This document shows positions 18,892 to 29,034 of a DNA stretch of 64,000 bases, piece after piece (the stretch's first letter is position 1; each line of letters starts with the position of its first letter). Under the pieces are notes generated by a model. It worked only from the letters and a program-made list of their open reading frames with translations, did not search any database and was not told the DNA's origin. Location: the NCBI GenBank assembly GCA_965223155.1, contig CBDCVR010000015.1, forward strand, positions 864,001-928,000, given 5' to 3'. The position numbers and the translations under genes were made by a program. Origin of the DNA: Candidatus Multivoradales bacterium (GTDB taxonomy: Bacteria; Acidobacteriota; Thermoanaerobaculia; Multivoradales; JAHEKO01).

Positions 18892-21800
18892 CTACTCCGG
18901 CTGCCAGGCCGGTATCCGGCCCGGCGTCCAGGGTGCGCCCGCGGCTTCCATCTCGGCCTCGAGCTCGCCGAGATCCTCCTCGACCAATGCCCTGAGCGCG
19001 CCAAGAACCGGCTCGAACGCCTCGGCGGCGATGTCGTAGGCGCGCCGGTGGGTGGCGGTGGGCGCCGAGCTCGACGTCCAGCTGCCGCCCACGGCACGGC
19101 CGATCCGGGCCGAGATCGAAGGCGGCGTGGGCTCGAAGCGGCGGGAGACGGTCCGGTCTCCCTGAAGCGAGACCTTGAGGTCCTCGAGGCGGGTTTCGAG
19201 ATCTTCGAGCCGTGCCACCCAAGCCTCGCTTTCGGTCGGCGTGTCGAGAGCGGCGCGGCGCAGGTGCTGGATCCGGGTTTCGGTCTCTCCGACCACGCGG
19301 TTGGCGCCCTGGACCGCCCGCTGCAAGCGGGCGAGCTTCTTCTGGAAGGCGAGGAGAGCGGCCTTGTCGTCGGCCGGCAACGAGACCGTACCGGTCGGCA
19401 CCGTCTCGAACGTCTCCGGCCCGGCGAGCTCGGTCAGCTCGTTGTTCTCGAACTTGGCGAGACTCACCGAGTAGGTCCCGGGAACCACCATCGGTCCCAT
19501 GGGATCGCTCGAGAAGGCGTTCCGCGCTCGCGGTGTGAGGCGAGCGGGGTCGTGCGGCGGATACCGAAGATCCCAGCTCACCCGATGGAGGCCCTTCTCG
19601 GCCGGACCGGTCAGGCGGCGAACGACGTGTCCGTCGGAGTCCCGCACGGTCAGGACGATCGCTGGATCCTGGGCGCGATCTTCGGCCCGGAGCTCTTCCC
19701 AGCTCGGGTAGCCGACGTCCTCGCCGGCTTCCTTCTCGGCTTCCTCGGACTGGCGCTTCTTCTTCAGGCTCTGGAACCCGTCCTCGAGGTAGTAGGTGAA
19801 GACCGCTCCGTGCGGGGGATTTTCGGCCGTGTAGAACGAGTCCCCCTGGAAGGCGACGTTGTTGTAGCCGAGCTCGAAGCTCTTCATGTACATCCGGGTG
19901 CGCCGCGGAGCGAACAGGATCGCCTCGGCTTCGAGCGCTTCTTCGCTCATCCGCCGGAGCGGCGAGTAGTCGTCGAGGATGAAAAAGCCGCGCCCGAAGG
20001 TGCCGACGACCAAGTCGTTTTCGCGAGCCTGGATCTCGAGGTCGCGCACGTTGATGGTCGGCATGCCGGCGAGCTTCACCCAGCTCGTGCCGCCATTGAC
20101 CGAGACGTAGGCCGCCCACTCGGTGCCGGCAAACAGGAGATCGGCCGTCTCGTGATCCTGGGCGACAGTGTAGACCGTGCCCTTGTCGGGCAGATCGCCG
20201 GCGATCGACGTCCAACTGCGGCCGCGGTCGGTTGACTTCAGAAGGTACGGCTTGAAGTCACCCGACTTGTGGTTGTCGATCGCCGCGAAGACCGTGTCAG
20301 GGTCGTGCTTCGAAGCTTCGAGGTCGCTCACATACGCCATCGCCGGAACACCAGGAAACGAGTCCTCGCGTCTCCAGTTGGCGCCGCCATCTTCCGAGAT
20401 CTGAATCAAGCCGTCATCGGTGCCGACGTAAAGCAGCCCTTCGATCAGTGGTGATTCCGAGACCGACACGATCGTGCCGAAGAACGAGGTCGATCGGTTC
20501 TTCGACACGGTGTCCACACCCCAGACCTTCCCCATGACCTCGAGCCGGTTCCGGTCCAGGTTCCGGGTCAGATCGCCGGAGACCGGCCGCCAGGAGTCAC
20601 CCCGGTCGTCCGAGCGATACAGGCGCTGCGAGGCGAAGTAGAGGCGAGTCGAGGCGTGCGGACTGATCGCGAACGCCGAATCCCAATTCCAACGCGGCGG
20701 ATCCTCTCCGGGCTCGGTCTGGGGCTTGATGTCGGTTCGCTCCCAGCTCTTCTTGTCGAGCCGGACCAGGCCGCCGTACTGCCACTGGGAGTAGACGATG
20801 TCGGGGTTGTCGGGATCGACCCCCGGGTCGAAGCCGTCGCCGCCCACGGTCACGTACCAGTCCCGGTTGGTGATGCCGTGCTCGGAGGTGGTCCGGGAAG
20901 GACCGCCCAAGGTGGAATTGTCTTGGGTGCCGCCATAGACGTTGTAGAAGGGCAGCGCGTTATCGACCGCGATCTTGTAAAACTGCGTGATCGGCAAATT
21001 GGCCTTGAAATCCCAGGTCGCGCCCCGGTCCCAGGTCTCATAGACGCCGCCGTCGCAGCCCGAGATCATGTGCCGGGTGTCGTCCGGATCGATCCAGTGG
21101 GCGTGGCTGTCGACGTGCTTGGCAAACTCCGGGACCTTCTCGAAGCTCTTGCCGCCGTTCTCGGACACATGGAGCCAGGTGTCCATCGAGTAGATCCGGT
21201 CCGGGTTCGTCGGATCGACGAAGATCTCGTTGTAGTACTGGGGCGAGCCCGACACGTAGTCCGAGCGTCTCTCCCAGTTGAGCCCACCGTCGGTCGAGCG
21301 GAAGAAACCACTCTTCTTGCCCAGCGACTCGACGATGGCGTAGACGGTATCCGGTGCCGACGGCGCTACCGCCAGCCCGATCTTGCCCTTGTCCTCCTTC
21401 GGCAGACCGTTTTCGATCTTCGACCAATTGGCACCGCCGTCCGTCGTCTTGTAGACGGTCGATTCCGGACCGCCGTTGATGAGCGTCCAGGTCCGCCGGC
21501 GCCGCTGGTAGGAGGACGCGTACAAGACGTCCGGGGCGCGCGGGTCCATCCAGACTTCGTTGACCCCGGTGTGCTCGCCGATCTCGAGCACTCGCTGCCA
21601 GGTCTCGCCGCCGTCGGTCGTCTTGTAGACGCCGCGCTCACCGCCGGCCCGCCAGAGCGGGCCCTGAGCGGCGACGTAGACCGTCGCCGAATCGCGCGGA
21701 TCCACCACGATCCGCCCGATGTGTTCCGACTCGCCCAGGCCCACGTTCTTCCAGTTCTTGCCGGCGTCCTGGGACTTGTAGACCCCATCGCCGTAGGAGA

Positions 21801-22203
21801 CCGAGCGCTGCGAGTTGTTCTCGCCGGTACCGACCCAGATCACGTCCGGGTTGTTGGGGTCCAGGGTGATGCACCCGATCGAAAACGATCCCTCGCCGTC
21901 GAAGATAGGCGTCCAGGTGGTGCCCGCGTTGATCGTCTTCCACACCCCGCCGGAAGCCGCGGTCACGTACCAGATGCTCGAGTCGTCCGGATGCACGACG
22001 AGATCCGAGATCCGGCCCGAGGCGATCGCGGGACCGATCTCGCGCAGCGGCAACCCGGCCAGGAGCTCGGCCGAGACCCGAAGCTCGGAGCCATCCGGGC
22101 TCGCGGCCGAGGCCTTGGCTTTGCCCCGCTTGGCGGCGGCCGGTTCGGCAGCCCCGGCGAGAACGGTCCAGGTGACAAGAATTCCGACCAAAGTCCGCGT
22201 CAT
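18892..22203 (-). CDS. Large secreted VPS10/sortilin-like BNR-repeat beta-propeller protein ('glycosyl hydrolase')
   Basis: REIGPA..SGRI, many SxDGGxxW Asp-boxes, GGTQDN, GTDDG, TFGRGF. Confidence 0.9.
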   Translation of the reverse strand: MTRTLVGILVTWTVLAGAAEPAAAKRGKAKASAASPDGSELRVSAELLAGLPLREIGPAIASGRISDLVVHPDDSSIWYVTAASGGVWKTINAGTTWTPIFDGEGSFSIGCITLDPNNPDVIWVGTGENNSQRSVSYGDGVYKSQDAGKNWKNVGLGESEHIGRIVVDPRDSATVYVAAQGPLWRAGGERGVYKTTDGGETWQRVLEIGEHTGVNEVWMDPRAPDVLYASSYQRRRRTWTLINGGPESTVYKTTDGGANWSKIENGLPKEDKGKIGLAVAPSAPDTVYAIVESLGKKSGFFRSTDGGLNWERRSDYVSGSPQYYNEIFVDPTNPDRIYSMDTWLHVSENGGKSFEKVPEFAKHVDSHAHWIDPDDTRHMISGCDGGVYETWDRGATWDFKANLPITQFYKIAVDNALPFYNVYGGTQDNSTLGGPSRTTSEHGITNRDWYVTVGGDGFDPGVDPDNPDIVYSQWQYGGLVRLDKKSWERTDIKPQTEPGEDPPRWNWDSAFAISPHASTRLYFASQRLYRSDDRGDSWRPVSGDLTRNLDRNRLEVMGKVWGVDTVSKNRSTSFFGTIVSVSESPLIEGLLYVGTDDGLIQISEDGGANWRREDSFPGVPAMAYVSDLEASKHDPDTVFAAIDNHKSGDFKPYLLKSTDRGRSWTSIAGDLPDKGTVYTVAQDHETADLLFAGTEWAAYVSVNGGTSWVKLAGMPTINVRDLEIQARENDLVVGTFGRGFFILDDYSPLRRMSEEALEAEAILFAPRRTRMYMKSFELGYNNVAFQGDSFYTAENPPHGAVFTYYLEDGFQSLKKKRQSEEAEKEAGEDVGYPSWEELRAEDRAQDPAIVLTVRDSDGHVVRRLTGPAEKGLHRVSWDLRYPPHDPARLTPRARNAFSSDPMGPMVVPGTYSVSLAKFENNELTELAGPETFETVPTGTVSLPADDKAALLAFQKKLARLQRAVQGANRVVGETETRIQHLRRAALDTPTESEAWVARLEDLETRLEDLKVSLQGDRTVSRRFEPTPPSISARIGRAVGGSWTSSSAPTATHRRAYDIAAEAFEPVLGALRALVEEDLGELEAEMEAAGAPWTPGRIPAWQPE

Positions 22204-22379
22204 CGCTTACCTCTTTCTCCTCAGGAACTTGAAGCCGGGGGACCGTCCGCCGTCGGGAAGACCGGAGCCCGCGCTCCGCTGGTCGAGGAAGGCCGCAAGG
22301 CTATCACCACGCGCTCCGCGCGCCGGCCGCGGATCCGTACCGCTCGCCCGAGGCTTCTTGCCCCTATACTTCGAGCATC

Positions 22380-22658
22380 TTGCGCCCGGCCCGCCCCAAC
22401 CCCGAAGTGCTCTTTCGACACGTGAACGACGAGACCATCCTCGTGCACCTCGACTCGGGAGCAATCTTCTCGCTCAACGAGACCGGATCGCGGTACTGGC
22501 AGCTCCTCGAGTCGGGACTGGCGCCCGAGGCGCTCCTGGACCGAATGGCCGAGGAGTTCGACGTGGCCCGCTCTCAGCTCGCCAGGGAGATCGCCGAGCT
22601 GCAGACAAGCCTCCTGGAGGCCGGGTTGGTCGAAGTCGGCGCTCCTGCGGTTGACTAG
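22380..22658 (+). CDS. Stand-alone RiPP recognition element (PqqD family; lasso B1-like)
   Basis: DETILVHLDSGAIFSLNETGSRYWQLL...EEFDV...LLEAGLV; TATACT at 22365-22370 upstream. Confidence 0.9.
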   Translation: MRPARPNPEVLFRHVNDETILVHLDSGAIFSLNETGSRYWQLLESGLAPEALLDRMAEEFDVARSQLAREIAELQTSLLEAGLVEVGAPAVD

Positions 22659-24555
22659 GCCGCCTGAGATCGACATGGCCGCCTGGGCTCTCAGCTGGCT
22701 ACCCGAGATCGAGGCCGAGCCCCGGCTCTACGGCGATCCTCCGGGACCGGACTCCTCCGTCAGCCTTTCTCGCTCGGACGCCGGCGACTTTTCGTTATTC
22801 GACGGCTACCTCCTCGACCCGGGCAAGCTTTCTGCCCGGTCCGACCCAACGGCTTCGAACGCCGAGATCCTCGCCCGCGCCGATGGCGACGGGACGCCCA
22901 GGATCCTCGACCGGCTGCGCGGGAGCTTCGTCTGGATCGTCTGGAACGCCCAGCGCCGTCGGCTGACGGTAGTCCGGGACCTGGCCGGGCTCACCCCCTG
23001 CTTCTTCACTTGGGATGGGAGCGCGCTTCTCGTCGCGCGCCGACCCGACGCGCTCCTGAGGCTCGGCCGTGACCTGGGGCGACTCGACTTTGCCGTCAAC
23101 CGGGAGGCCGTCGCCGAGTACCTGGCGTCGTCCTATTCGGAGGCGCTCGCCGACGAGACCTTCATCAGCAAGGTCAGGCGACTGCGGCCGGCGCACCTGC
23201 TGCGGCTCGACCGGACCGGCCTGGAGATCGATCGCTACTGGGCGCCGCTGCCGGGGGGATTCGCTTGGGCCACGGCGGACGAGGCCGCAACCTTCCCCCA
23301 GGTGCTCGAAGCCGCAGTGGCTCGCTGCCTCGACGCGGGGGCGGACTCGCTGGCCCTGAGCGGCGGCTTCGATTCGGTGAGCCTGGCGGTGCTGGCCGCC
23401 CGGTTGCGCGGTAGCCGGGCGCCACTCGACGCCGTCTCGCTTCACTTCGACGGCGGTGACTGCGACGAGAGCGCCACCCAGACGGCGGTCGCCCGCGCCC
23501 TCGGCATGCCCCAGACCATCCGATCGCTCGCCCAGAGTCTTGGAGACCGCAATCCGGTCGAGGCCGCCCTGGCTCTCTCCGGCGAGAGCCCGGTGCCGGT
23601 GCTGAGCGTATGGCAAGCGTTCTACACCGGTCTCATGGCGAGCATGCGCCCCAGGAAGAGCGGCCTGATGCTGGGAACCGGCGGCGACGAACTCATGGCC
23701 GTCGATGGAAAATATGGCGCGGACTGTGTGCTCGCGGCCTCGCCGCTCCGCCTCTGGCGGTTCTACGACTCCTGGCGGCGGGCTTCTTCGTTCGGACCGC
23801 TATTTGTTGCCCGCGAGATCTTCTGGCGCCACGGCCTGCGGGCAGCGGGACGCGAGATCCTGCTGCGGGCTCTTGACGCGGGGGTCCCGGAGCTCCAAGC
23901 GCGGATCCTCCGCCGGCGCTGGCGCCGGCGAATCGAGGCCAATACCTGGCTCACCCGCGACGCCGGGCTCCTGGACCGGCTCGAACGCCGACGCTCCGGT
24001 GGTACCGACCTCCGCCAAGTCCGGGAGCCAAGCCTGTACATTCGGTACCTGCGCGCCTTGTTTGACTCGCCGGCCCTGATGATGGAGCTCGATCAGGGAG
24101 CTGCCTGGGCCCAGGCCCAGGGTATTGCCACATTCCTGCCATTTTTCGATCGAGACGTCATCGAGCTGAGCCTCCGCCTGACTCCCGAGCAACTCCTGGC
24201 GGGCGGCGAATCCAAAGCACTCTTGCGGAATCTGGTTCGTGGAGGACTCCCCCAGGTCGAGCTCCCTGCCCGCAAAGTCGGCTTCGGTATGATGGTTCAT
24301 GACGTTCTCCGTAAGAGTGGCCGCGAAATCTGGCAGAATTGGCGTTCGACGCTTCGGCTCGGCGAGATTGGCCTGATCCAGCCGGATCGTGGACAGCGAG
24401 CCCTCGATGGCTATTTTGCTCATCGCAACAACGATTGGTTCTTGGCGTGGAAGATTCTGAGCGCGGAAGCCTGGCTGAGGCACCATCGGTCGCGGCCGAC
24501 GAGACCACCCCGGCCTCTCTCCGAAAACCCTGGCGAAAGTCCTGGAGGCCCATGA
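22651..24555 (+). CDS. Asparagine-synthetase-like lasso cyclase (macrolactam synthetase)
   Basis: Degenerate glutamine amidotransferase-like N-domain with no Cys1; PP-loop LSGGFDS; DES; GTGGDEL; PFFDRDV; C-terminal EAWLR. The start may be ATG 22675. Confidence 0.88.
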   Translation: MTRPPEIDMAAWALSWLPEIEAEPRLYGDPPGPDSSVSLSRSDAGDFSLFDGYLLDPGKLSARSDPTASNAEILARADGDGTPRILDRLRGSFVWIVWNAQRRRLTVVRDLAGLTPCFFTWDGSALLVARRPDALLRLGRDLGRLDFAVNREAVAEYLASSYSEALADETFISKVRRLRPAHLLRLDRTGLEIDRYWAPLPGGFAWATADEAATFPQVLEAAVARCLDAGADSLALSGGFDSVSLAVLAARLRGSRAPLDAVSLHFDGGDCDESATQTAVARALGMPQTIRSLAQSLGDRNPVEAALALSGESPVPVLSVWQAFYTGLMASMRPRKSGLMLGTGGDELMAVDGKYGADCVLAASPLRLWRFYDSWRRASSFGPLFVAREIFWRHGLRAAGREILLRALDAGVPELQARILRRRWRRRIEANTWLTRDAGLLDRLERRRSGGTDLRQVREPSLYIRYLRALFDSPALMMELDQGAAWAQAQGIATFLPFFDRDVIELSLRLTPEQLLAGGESKALLRNLVRGGLPQVELPARKVGFGMMVHDVLRKSGREIWQNWRSTLRLGEIGLIQPDRGQRALDGYFAHRNNDWFLAWKILSAEAWLRHHRSRPTRPPRPLSENPGESPGGP

Positions 24556-24662
24556 AGCTGAGCCACCTGGGCTCGATCGGCGATCTCGTTCAGGGAAGCG
24601 GCAAGACCGGCACGGTTCCCGACGGCGATCCCCAATCTGTTCGCAAGACCGGCGTCGGCTAG
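24552..24662 (+). CDS. Putative RiPP (lasso-like) precursor peptide MKLSHLGSIGDLVQGSGKTGTVPDGDPQSVRKTGVG; may start further upstream (GTG 24447)
   Basis: ATGA overlap with the cyclase stop; GGAGG at 24544-24548; in-frame WRPMKLSHLGSIGDLVQG resembles the lasso leader (Y/W)xxPxLxxxG motif; Gly-rich core containing Asp. Confidence 0.8.
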   Translation: MKLSHLGSIGDLVQGSGKTGTVPDGDPQSVRKTGVG

Positions 24663-25534
24663 GCCGTTCGGTCGTTCTCGAAAACCGCCCGCAGCCGCCG
24701 CACGGTCCGCCGGAACCGCTCGGGCCCGGACGGATACGCAAGACGCGCGACCTCGACCGAGCCGACCAGGTGTAAGCAGGAGGCAGCCATTCGCCGGGTT
24801 GCCTCACCGTCGGCCGGGTCGAAGCGCCAGCAGTGCTTGAGAAGCTCCGGAAAAGCGATTGGCGCGGGAAGGGGTTCAAGGACGGAACCCTCCAGCTCGG
24901 CTGCGCCGTCTCGACGCTCGAGCAGGACGACGCGCCGGATCGGAAGGAATCGGGGCGGCCGCCGCGCATCCGCCAGCCATTCTGAGGGCGGCTCCGAAAA
25001 CCCCTCCGGATCGAAGCCCAGGAGCTCAAAGGCGTCGGGAAGCAGCCTGAGCCGGAACGGCACGAGCCAACCCCGGCAGGATTCACCGTCCGGCTCGAAG
25101 GGCACGAGGTCGTCCGCGGCCACCTGGGCTCCGGAGAGTCCCAGGGCCGCGGCCAGCGTCGACTTGCCGGTGCCCGAGTCTCCGCAAAGCACCGCTACGC
25201 CGCCGGCCGCGACCACGGCGCTGGCATGGAGCGAGGTCAGCCCGCGAGCCTCGAGGATCAGTGGCAGCACCTGGCGCCGGTACACCTCGGCGATCTCGTC
25301 GCCGGCCGCGTCGCCGGCCACCTCGGCAACCGCTGCGGCCGAGGTCTCGGTCCCGAATCGAAAGAGGCCCACGGCATCGAGGCGCAAGAATCGCTCGGCC
25401 CCCAGAGAGCCGGCGGTACCGATCTGGACGCCCCGCGGATCGCACCAGGGCCAGGAGCGACCCCCGCGCGACGTCCAGTCCGCCCCGGGATCGCCCACCG
25501 TCGCGACCCGCTCGATCTTCAACTCCGGTAGCAT
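24659..25534 (-). CDS. HPr-kinase-like P-loop kinase (lasso peptide kinase type)
   Basis: LHASAV, Walker A GDSGTGKST, ADDL; adjacent to the RRE, cyclase and precursor genes. Confidence 0.85.
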   Translation of the reverse strand: MLPELKIERVATVGDPGADWTSRGGRSWPWCDPRGVQIGTAGSLGAERFLRLDAVGLFRFGTETSAAAVAEVAGDAAGDEIAEVYRRQVLPLILEARGLTSLHASAVVAAGGVAVLCGDSGTGKSTLAAALGLSGAQVAADDLVPFEPDGESCRGWLVPFRLRLLPDAFELLGFDPEGFSEPPSEWLADARRPPRFLPIRRVVLLERRDGAAELEGSVLEPLPAPIAFPELLKHCWRFDPADGEATRRMAASCLHLVGSVEVARLAYPSGPERFRRTVRRLRAVFENDRTA

Positions 25535-25672
25535 GGCGCCTCGACCGAATCTTAGCGGCCGGCACCAAGGCCTGTCCCCGACGCCTCGAGCCGCCCCGGC
25601 GGGCTTGTCCAGCCCGATCGAGACGCCGGCCGGTACCGGAAAAAACTGCTGCCCTCGGAGGACCCTAGAACG

Positions 25673-28600
25673 ATGACCCGACCCCTCGGCACCGCCCGGA
25701 CCAATCGTTGCCCCGTCTTGTCCCGGATCGCTCTTGCCACCGTCGTCTTGACCCTCCTGTCCCTCGTTTTCTCGACACCCGCCGAAGCCCGTAAGGGCAA
25801 GAAGAAGGCGGCCGCCGAGTCCGCTGAGGCCCCCGAGTCCGATACCGCGCTATCGTCGGCGACCTTCTCCGGCCTCGAGTTTCGCTCGATCGGCCCGGCT
25901 CTCATGTCGGGCCGCATCGCCGACATTGCCGTTCATCCCGACGACCAGTCGGTCTGGTACGTGGCGGTGGGGAGCGGCAACTTGTGGAAGACTACGAACG
26001 CTGGCACTACCTGGACGCCCATCTTCGACGACCAGGGCTCGTACTCGATTGGTGACGTGACCCTGGATCCGTCCAACCCCGAGATCGTTTGGGTCGGCAC
26101 CGGCGAGAACGTCGGAGGGCGTCACGTGGGCTACGGTGACGGCGTGTACAAGAGCCTCGATGGGGGCGCAAGCTGGGAAAACGTCGGCCTCGAGAGCTCG
26201 GAACACATCGGCAACATCGTCGTCGATCCGAACGACGGCAATGTCGTCTACGTCGCATCTCAAGGCCCACTGTGGTCTGCCGGAGGCGACCGCGGTCTCT
26301 TCAAGACCACCGACGGCGGCGCGACCTGGGAGAAGATCCTCGGCGGCGGCGAGTACACGGGCGTCAACGAGGTGATGATGGACCCGCGGGACTCGATGGT
26401 TCTCTACGCCTCGACCCATCAGCGCTTTCGGAACGTCGCCGCCCTCCTCAACGGCGGCCCCGAATCGGGACTCCACAAGTCCACCGACGGCGGCACGACT
26501 TGGCGTGAGCTCTCGAACGGCATCCCCGAAGACGACAAAGGCAAGATCGGCATCGCGATCTCGCCCATCAACCCGGACGTTGTCTACGCGACGGTCGAGA
26601 CCCCACAGCGGGAGATCGCCGTCTACCGTTCCGCGAACGCCGGCGCGAGCTGGGAGAAGGGCGCCGATGTCGGCTACTCGGGCACCGGCCCGCACTACTA
26701 CCAGGAGATCTTCGCCAGTCCCCACAAGTTCGACCGCATCTACCACATGAACCCGCGTATCTCGGTCTCGGACGACGGCGGTACGAGCTGGCGGCCGCTG
26801 GGCGAGGAGTACAAGCACGGCGACAGCCATGCGATGGCCTTCGATCCGAACGACCCGGACTACCTTCTAGTCGGAAGCGACGGTGGGCTCTACGAGAGCT
26901 TCGACCAGGCCAAGAGCTGGAAGTTCCTCGCCAACCTGCCGGTGACCCAGTTCTACAAGGTGGCGGTGGACTACGACGAGCCCTTCTACCACGTGGTCGG
27001 CGGCACCCAGGACAACAACACGCAGTACGGGCCTTCGCGCACCGACAACGTGCACGGCATCCGCAACTCCGACTGGGAGATCACGCTTTTCGGCGACGGC
27101 CACCAGCCGGCGATCGACCCCACCGACCCGAACATCGTCTACTCCGAGTGGCAGGAAGGGAACCTGACCCGCTGGGACCGAGCCACCGGCGAGATGATCT
27201 ACATCCAGCCGCAACCCGAAGCCGACGAGGAATGGGACCGCTTCAACTGGGACTCGCCCATTCTGATCAGCGCCCACGACCCGGCCCGCCTCTACTTCGC
27301 GAGCCAGCGAGTCTGGCGCAGCGACAACCGCGGCGATTCTTGGCGGCCGGTTTCCGGAGACCTCTCGAAGGGCGTTGATCGGCTGACCCAGCCGATGATG
27401 GGCAGAGTGTGGCAGTGGGAGTCGAACTGGGACGTCTGGGCGATGTCGAAATACAGCACGATCACGTCTCTAGGGGAATCACCCAAGGACGAGAACATCC
27501 TCTACGCCGGCACCGATGACGGCCTCGTCCAGATCTCCGAGGACGGCGGCCAGACCTGGCGCAAGATCGACTCGCTGCCCGGCGTCCCCGATGGTTTCTT
27601 CGTCAACGACATCAAGGCCGACCTCCACGACGCGGACACCGCCTACGTCGTGGTTGACGACCACAAGTCAGGCGACTTCTCGCCCTACGTCCTGAAATCG
27701 ACCAATCGAGGCCGCTCCTGGACCTCGATCGCGAGCGATCTTCCCGAGCGCCACGTCGTGTGGCGTCTGGTGCAAGATCACGAGAACCCCAATCTCCTCT
27801 TCGTCGGCACCGAATTCGGGGTCTTCTTCACGGTCGACGGCGGCGGCAAGTGGGTCAAGCTTTCGGCCGGGATGCCCAACATCCCGGTGCGGGACCTGGC
27901 CATCCAGAAGCGGGAGAACGACTTGATCGCGGCGACCTTCGGCCGCGGCTTCTACGTCCTCGACGACTACAGCGCTCTGCGCTCGATCTCGGAGGAAATG
28001 CTCGAGTCGTCCGACGTCGAGCTCTTCGAGCCGCGTAAGGCCTGGTGGTACATGGAGCGCCGTGCCCTGGGCGGCTCCAAGAAGGCCAGCCAGGGCGAGG
28101 CCTTCTACGTCGCCGACAACCCGCCTTTCGGCGCCACCTTCACTTACTACCTGAAGGATTCCCTCGAGACCGCCAAGGAGGCGCGCAAGAAGCAAGAGGG
28201 CGAGGTCGCCAAGGAGGGCGGAGACACGCCCTACCCCGGATGGGACGCACTCCGCGAAGAGGATCTCGAGGAGGCTCCTGCGATTCTCCTAACGGTCACC
28301 AACGGAGCCGGCGAGGTGGTTCGCCGCCTGACCGGGCCGGCCAAGGCCGGCGTCCACCGCGTGACCTGGGACCTACGGTATCCGAGTTCGAGCGCCTGGA
28401 GCGAGGACTGGAACGACGAGAACGCAAGCGGTTTCCTGGCCGAGCCCGGAACCTACACAGTTTCGCTGGCCCAGCGCTCGGGGACCGTCGTGACCGATCT
28501 CGACCAGAGCCAGTCCTTCGAGGTCGTACCGCTTCGCGAGCGAGGCCTTCCGGGCGCGAGCCCGGCCGAGGCCGTGGCCTTCCTGCGCGAGCTCGACGCC

Positions 28601-29032
28601 TTCAACCTCCAGGCCGAGGCCGCGAACTCCGCGCTCGCGGAGGCCGAAACGAAGCTCGACGCCATCAGGCAGGCGCTCATGCGGTCGACTCTGGCGCACA
28701 GCCAGCTCGATGACAGCGCCCGCGGTCTGTGGCGGAAGGTCAAGGACCTCCAGCTCTGGCTCGAAGGCAGCGAACGCCGGGACAACATGGGTGATCCGGG
28801 ACCGGTCTCGATCGAGCGCCGGCTCGGCGTCGCCTTCATGGGCAACATGCTGTCGACCTACGGACCGACACCGACTCATACGCGCCAGTTCGAAATCGCC
28901 AAGGAGGAGTTCGCCCGACTCTCTTCGGAGCTCAACCAACTTCTCGAAACCGACCTACCCGCTCTCGAGACTCAGCTCGACGCGGCGGGCGTTCCGTGGA
29001 CTCCGGGCCGCGGCATTGGCGGAGGATCCTGA
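25673..29032 (+). CDS. Large secreted VPS10/sortilin-like BNR-repeat beta-propeller protein, paralog of 18892..22203
   Basis: RSIGPALMSGRIAD, Asp-boxes, GGTQDN, RFNWDSP, TFGRGF; same C-terminus PWTPGR. Confidence 0.9.
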   Translation: MTRPLGTARTNRCPVLSRIALATVVLTLLSLVFSTPAEARKGKKKAAAESAEAPESDTALSSATFSGLEFRSIGPALMSGRIADIAVHPDDQSVWYVAVGSGNLWKTTNAGTTWTPIFDDQGSYSIGDVTLDPSNPEIVWVGTGENVGGRHVGYGDGVYKSLDGGASWENVGLESSEHIGNIVVDPNDGNVVYVASQGPLWSAGGDRGLFKTTDGGATWEKILGGGEYTGVNEVMMDPRDSMVLYASTHQRFRNVAALLNGGPESGLHKSTDGGTTWRELSNGIPEDDKGKIGIAISPINPDVVYATVETPQREIAVYRSANAGASWEKGADVGYSGTGPHYYQEIFASPHKFDRIYHMNPRISVSDDGGTSWRPLGEEYKHGDSHAMAFDPNDPDYLLVGSDGGLYESFDQAKSWKFLANLPVTQFYKVAVDYDEPFYHVVGGTQDNNTQYGPSRTDNVHGIRNSDWEITLFGDGHQPAIDPTDPNIVYSEWQEGNLTRWDRATGEMIYIQPQPEADEEWDRFNWDSPILISAHDPARLYFASQRVWRSDNRGDSWRPVSGDLSKGVDRLTQPMMGRVWQWESNWDVWAMSKYSTITSLGESPKDENILYAGTDDGLVQISEDGGQTWRKIDSLPGVPDGFFVNDIKADLHDADTAYVVVDDHKSGDFSPYVLKSTNRGRSWTSIASDLPERHVVWRLVQDHENPNLLFVGTEFGVFFTVDGGGKWVKLSAGMPNIPVRDLAIQKRENDLIAATFGRGFYVLDDYSALRSISEEMLESSDVELFEPRKAWWYMERRALGGSKKASQGEAFYVADNPPFGATFTYYLKDSLETAKEARKKQEGEVAKEGGDTPYPGWDALREEDLEEAPAILLTVTNGAGEVVRRLTGPAKAGVHRVTWDLRYPSSSAWSEDWNDENASGFLAEPGTYTVSLAQRSGTVVTDLDQSQSFEVVPLRERGLPGASPAEAVAFLRELDAFNLQAEAANSALAEAETKLDAIRQALMRSTLAHSQLDDSARGLWRKVKDLQLWLEGSERRDNMGDPGPVSIERRLGVAFMGNMLSTYGPTPTHTRQFEIAKEEFARLSSELNQLLETDLPALETQLDAAGVPWTPGRGIGGGS

Positions 29033-29034
29033 AG

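Noticed and set aside
22380-22658. PqqD plus the nearby PQQ-like propeller as PQQ biosynthesis
   Set aside because: No pqqA/B/C/E genes are present, and the propeller is BamB-like without dehydrogenase motifs.
22651-24555. Housekeeping asparagine synthetase AsnB
   Set aside because: It lacks the N-terminal catalytic Cys and is coupled to an RRE and a small peptide ORF.
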